Positions 45,599 to 49,109 of a stretch of 49,109 nucleotides of DNA are shown piece after piece. Location of the stretch: assembly GCF_000315625.1 (NCBI RefSeq), contig NW_005434574.1:138037-187145 (forward strand), read 5' to 3'. Numbering within the stretch: the stretch's first letter is position 1; every line of letters begins with the position of its first letter. This stretch comes from Guillardia theta CCMP2712. Lineage: Eukaryota; Protista; Cryptophyta. The translations under genes were made by a program, and so were the position numbers. A model generated the notes under the pieces. It ran no database searches, was not told where the DNA came from, and worked only from the letters and a program-made list of their open reading frames with translations.

Positions 45599-48500
45599 TT
45601 AGATTCCGACAATGGACTTGAACACCGGTATTTTACTGATCAAAGATCGCTTGTGAACTGCATTTCTTTGTTTCAACACACACACTACTTCATACCTCCG
45701 TATTTCCTCGTACATCCGGGATATCCTGATTTACCTCTCCATTGATTGCATCACAGTTCATCCAAAGACTGCTGTCCATCTTGTTCAAGCATGCATGATC
45801 GCGTCTGATACCCCGTTGCAAGGTGAATTCATTTCCCCCATCATGGTTGGCAATATGCAACGCATTCATTTCTCCTTCTACTTATGCTCTTTATCTCCTC
45901 CCGCGATGTTTCATCTTATCAGTGATTTTCTTGCCATACTCGTCCATTCATTCCCCTATCATCAACACAAGAACATTCGGAAGAAGCAGATGAGCAGGGC
46001 TGATAGTCTTCTTCCTCGCCAGCATGTCTCTTCCTCGAACAAGCATGCTTTTCTGTTCTTGGCGCTCATCGTTATGTAACCCGACATCGCTCTGGGNNNN
46101 NNNNNNNNNNNNNNNNNNNNNNNNNNNNNNNNNNNNNNNNNNNNNNNNNNNNNNNNNNNNNNNNNNNNNNNNNNNNNNNNNNNNNNNNNNNNNNNNCAGT
46201 GAATGCGATTGGAAGCATGTGTGGATGAGGTCGGACCTGATAGGAAAGGAAAGGCAACAGGCTGCAAGGTTTCATCGGGTGATCTTGTTGAGATTTTGAA
46301 GACCTGCAGTTGCTGTACAGTATGTTGATATGAGATCGAGCATGAAAGTAACTTCTCTCCTTGACATCATTCCAAATCAGCCTCACTGCAAACTCTCCGG
46401 CCCCACCATCGCGGCGCTTGAAAACATTCGAGCTCCCTGTCTGCATGAACAACAGCAAATCTTGGTGCAGCTGCTGAAATGAATGCTGTCGACTCTTTTG
46501 CGGCTCTTCGTTTCTGGGCATGAGGAGATTGCAATCAACCAGCTCACGTAGCAACAAGTAAGATCTCAGGTACAAGAGGTCCACTGACAGAGACAACCAA
46601 CACATCGCATCATCTTGTCCAGTATGCAAGCAAGCTGGAAATGTGATGCTGCTTTCAAACACGAGCACCTTCAGAGAGTTTTCGAGAGGGAGGGAGGGAG
46701 GGAGGGAGGGAGTGAGAGGAGAGGGATGGTGGAGGGAGATTCAGGGACGTTGAGCCACGAGGGAAGAGGGAAGGAGAAGCTCTGTTGACCCACCAGCAGA
46801 TCGAGAGCGCGCACCATCAAGACGAGGAGCTGGACGATGAAGAAACTCTCCCAGTCCAAAGGAGAAAGTCCAGGCTGGGGAGGAAAGGGAGTGTGTTCTT
46901 GGTATTGGCTGGGCTTGCTGCTGTGATTGCGAGGAGGCGATCGAAAAGATTCCGAAGTCTTTGTTCAGGTTGATTGTCGGAGGGATCTTGTGTGATAGGA
47001 TGGTGACACGTGCTGTAGAGATATCTGAACATAGCAGCGGCTTCTTGCAATGGGCGGGAGAATATTTCCTTGAGGGCATCCAGGTGAAAGGCGGCAGGGT
47101 CGTGATGAACACGGTGATTGACTGAGTTGGCAGGATCACCTATCGACGAAAATGTTTGTTGATTGCTCACCAACCCTGTTACACTGACATGTTTTACTTG
47201 GGTTACTCTCAGATTCTGCTTGGTTGTGTCGTTTGTGATGTCGTTCTTGCCAACCCGGCACACCAGACTGCTGGAGTGGTTGGTAGATTGATCATGGCCT
47301 CCAGGCAGGAGCAGGAGGGATTTCAGAAGCATTTTTGATGCCGAGGAACTGAAAACAAGAGATAAACAACATGATTGGAGAGAGAAAGTGAATGAGCAGG
47401 GAGAATAAGATATCAATATTACATGTTGACAACTGGACAAAACTTACCTCTGCTGCGCTGATGTGCGGTCGAACATGTGCTGAACTGATATGACTGGCGG
47501 TTACCTGTAGTTGTTGGTTATTGCCATGTGTCTGAACGATCTTGATATACCTGCGGATCTCTCGTGATGTTATACCGTATGCGATCAAACAACTGTAACA
47601 TGCAAGCATTAGTTCAAGTTGACGTCAGGCCATAGTGATAGTTTGGTGCTATTAGAGATGATGATGGAGATGATGATGGAGACGATGATGAGTTGAAGGA
47701 ATTACATTGAAATTCATCTCTGACACGTTGTAGCCTGCAAACTAGCATTACATGTCCCATATCTTGATCGCTCTCTCTACCTGTCGTTCCTTTCGGCAAA
47801 TTTCCCTTCGCTTCCTCAAGGCAGAGCTTGTATGAAGCTACCTGAGAGGAATTGAGGAAAGCAAGAGGCACGCTTGAAGGAGGAGGAGGAGGAGGAGGAG
47901 GAGGAGGAGGAGGCACTCTTGAAAGAGGAGGAGGAGAGGGGGGAGGGGGAGGAGGAAGGAAGAAGAAACGAGGATAAGAAGGATTGAAGGCAACAAGAGG
48001 AGACTAGGATAGAGATGGAGGACGAGGATGAGGAGGAGACGGAGAGGAGAGGTAAAAGCAGAGGGGAAGAGGAGGATAAGGAGGAGGAAGCGGTAGAGGC
48101 AAAGGGAGGATGATGATAGAGGGAGGGGTAAGGAGGAGGAGGTAGGGAAGGAGGGGGAGGCAGCAGGGTAAACCGGAGTGATGTTTTTGATTCCGTTGTA
48201 TTCGAACTCATGCAAACCAAAACCTGCAAGACAAGTCAGAGGAAGGCAGCAGATGTTAGGAGAGGGAGGGAGGGAGGGAGGGAGGGAGGGAGGGGGAGAG
48301 CAGGGGAAGAGGTGGGGAGGGCGAGGAAGGAGGAAGAAGAAGCAGCTGTTGCAATGGGGAAAAGGAAAAGGGAAAGGGAAAAGGAAAAGGATGGTGGAGA
48401 GTTTTGCCTCTATATCTCAGGTCATCAATGCAAGTAATGGGAGGAGCCTTCCCAATCCCAACGCCTTTCCCTTTCTTCGATCCTGAGGGGAGGGTAAGAA

Positions 48501-48913
48501 TGGCAGCAGCCGGGAACAATCTTGTGAATGTTGTGTTCCTCTTGCGCTTGCTCCTGCCCCTCCAGGATCCTGCTCCTGCTCCTGTTGCTGCTCCTGCTCC
48601 TGTTGCTGCTCCTCGTGCTGCTGCCGCTGCTACTCCTTCTCCTCCTTGTCCTGCTGCTGCTGCTACTGAAACTCCTGCTCCTCAGCCATTTCCCCATCGC
48701 AACTGCTGCTTTCAAAGTTTTCCCCTCTCAATCCCCTCCACCCTTGTCTTTATCTCCTTCACCTCTTCCCTCAAAGTCTCCAAGACCTGTTCTCCGTCCT
48801 TTCTCATGATTTTCCCCCTTACCTGGTACCAGCCCCATCATGCTGGGGGTAAAAACCTGTGTCATTCGCTCCTCGATGGTTGCTGGTGCTCTTTTCCTCC
48901 GTTCTCCTGCCAT
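45599..48913 (-). CDS. Hypothetical multi-exon gene, probably continuing beyond the window end
   Basis: Purine-rich tracts on + (pyrimidine-rich introns on -), minus-strand donors/acceptors and protein-like segments (e.g. 46900-47140, 47710-47843). No family recognised. Confidence 0.4.
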
Positions 48914-49027
48914 AGGTAGTTAGAGCGAGGTGGAGGAGAAAGGGGAAGAGGAGGATGAGGAGGAGGTGGAGGTGGAGGAGGTGGGGGAGAAGGGGAAGAG
49001 GAGGAGGAGGAGGGGGAGAAAGGGGAA

Positions 49028-49059
<32 letters not shown>

Positions 49060-49075
49060 CGACGACGACGACGAC

Positions 49076-49109
<34 letters not shown>
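49028..49109. repeat. (GAT/GAC)n microsatellite
   Basis: seen directly. Confidence 0.95.

Noticed and set aside
47020-47110. 'LDALKEIFSRPLQEAAAMF' as the start of an RWP-RK domain
   Set aside because: No downstream exon with LKxxCRxxGIxRWP could be found.

Overview
Eukaryotic nuclear DNA, gene-dense and intron-rich. It has many ~45-55 bp introns plus longer microsatellite-filled ones, and four N gaps. Its style (bipartite AxAF plastid presequence, GC-rich CCGG islands between genes) suggests a cryptophyte alga such as Guillardia theta; this is inference. Recognisable genes: an orphan acyl-CoA-synthetase C-terminal-domain protein (-); a plastid-targeted PPR protein with a LOTUS/OST-HTH-like insert (+); a small ankyrin protein (+); a selenoprotein H homolog absent from the ORF track (five exons, CxxU with in-frame TGA, candidate SECIS) (+); a giant GRIP-domain golgin with internal 255-bp and 189-bp repeats (-); an ABC1/ADCK kinase (-); an intronless U-box + tyrosine-kinase-like + ARM-repeat gene (-); NOC4 (+); a CASTOR/POLLUX-like channel (-); and several hypothetical genes. 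The best candidate for a new system is the U-box/TK/ARM gene. It has tyrosine-kinase motifs but a WNK-like relocated lysine, and 132-bp ARM modules whose variation is concentrated in one helix. No rRNA, tRNA, CRISPR array or autonomous transposon was recognised. Exon boundaries were inferred by eye.
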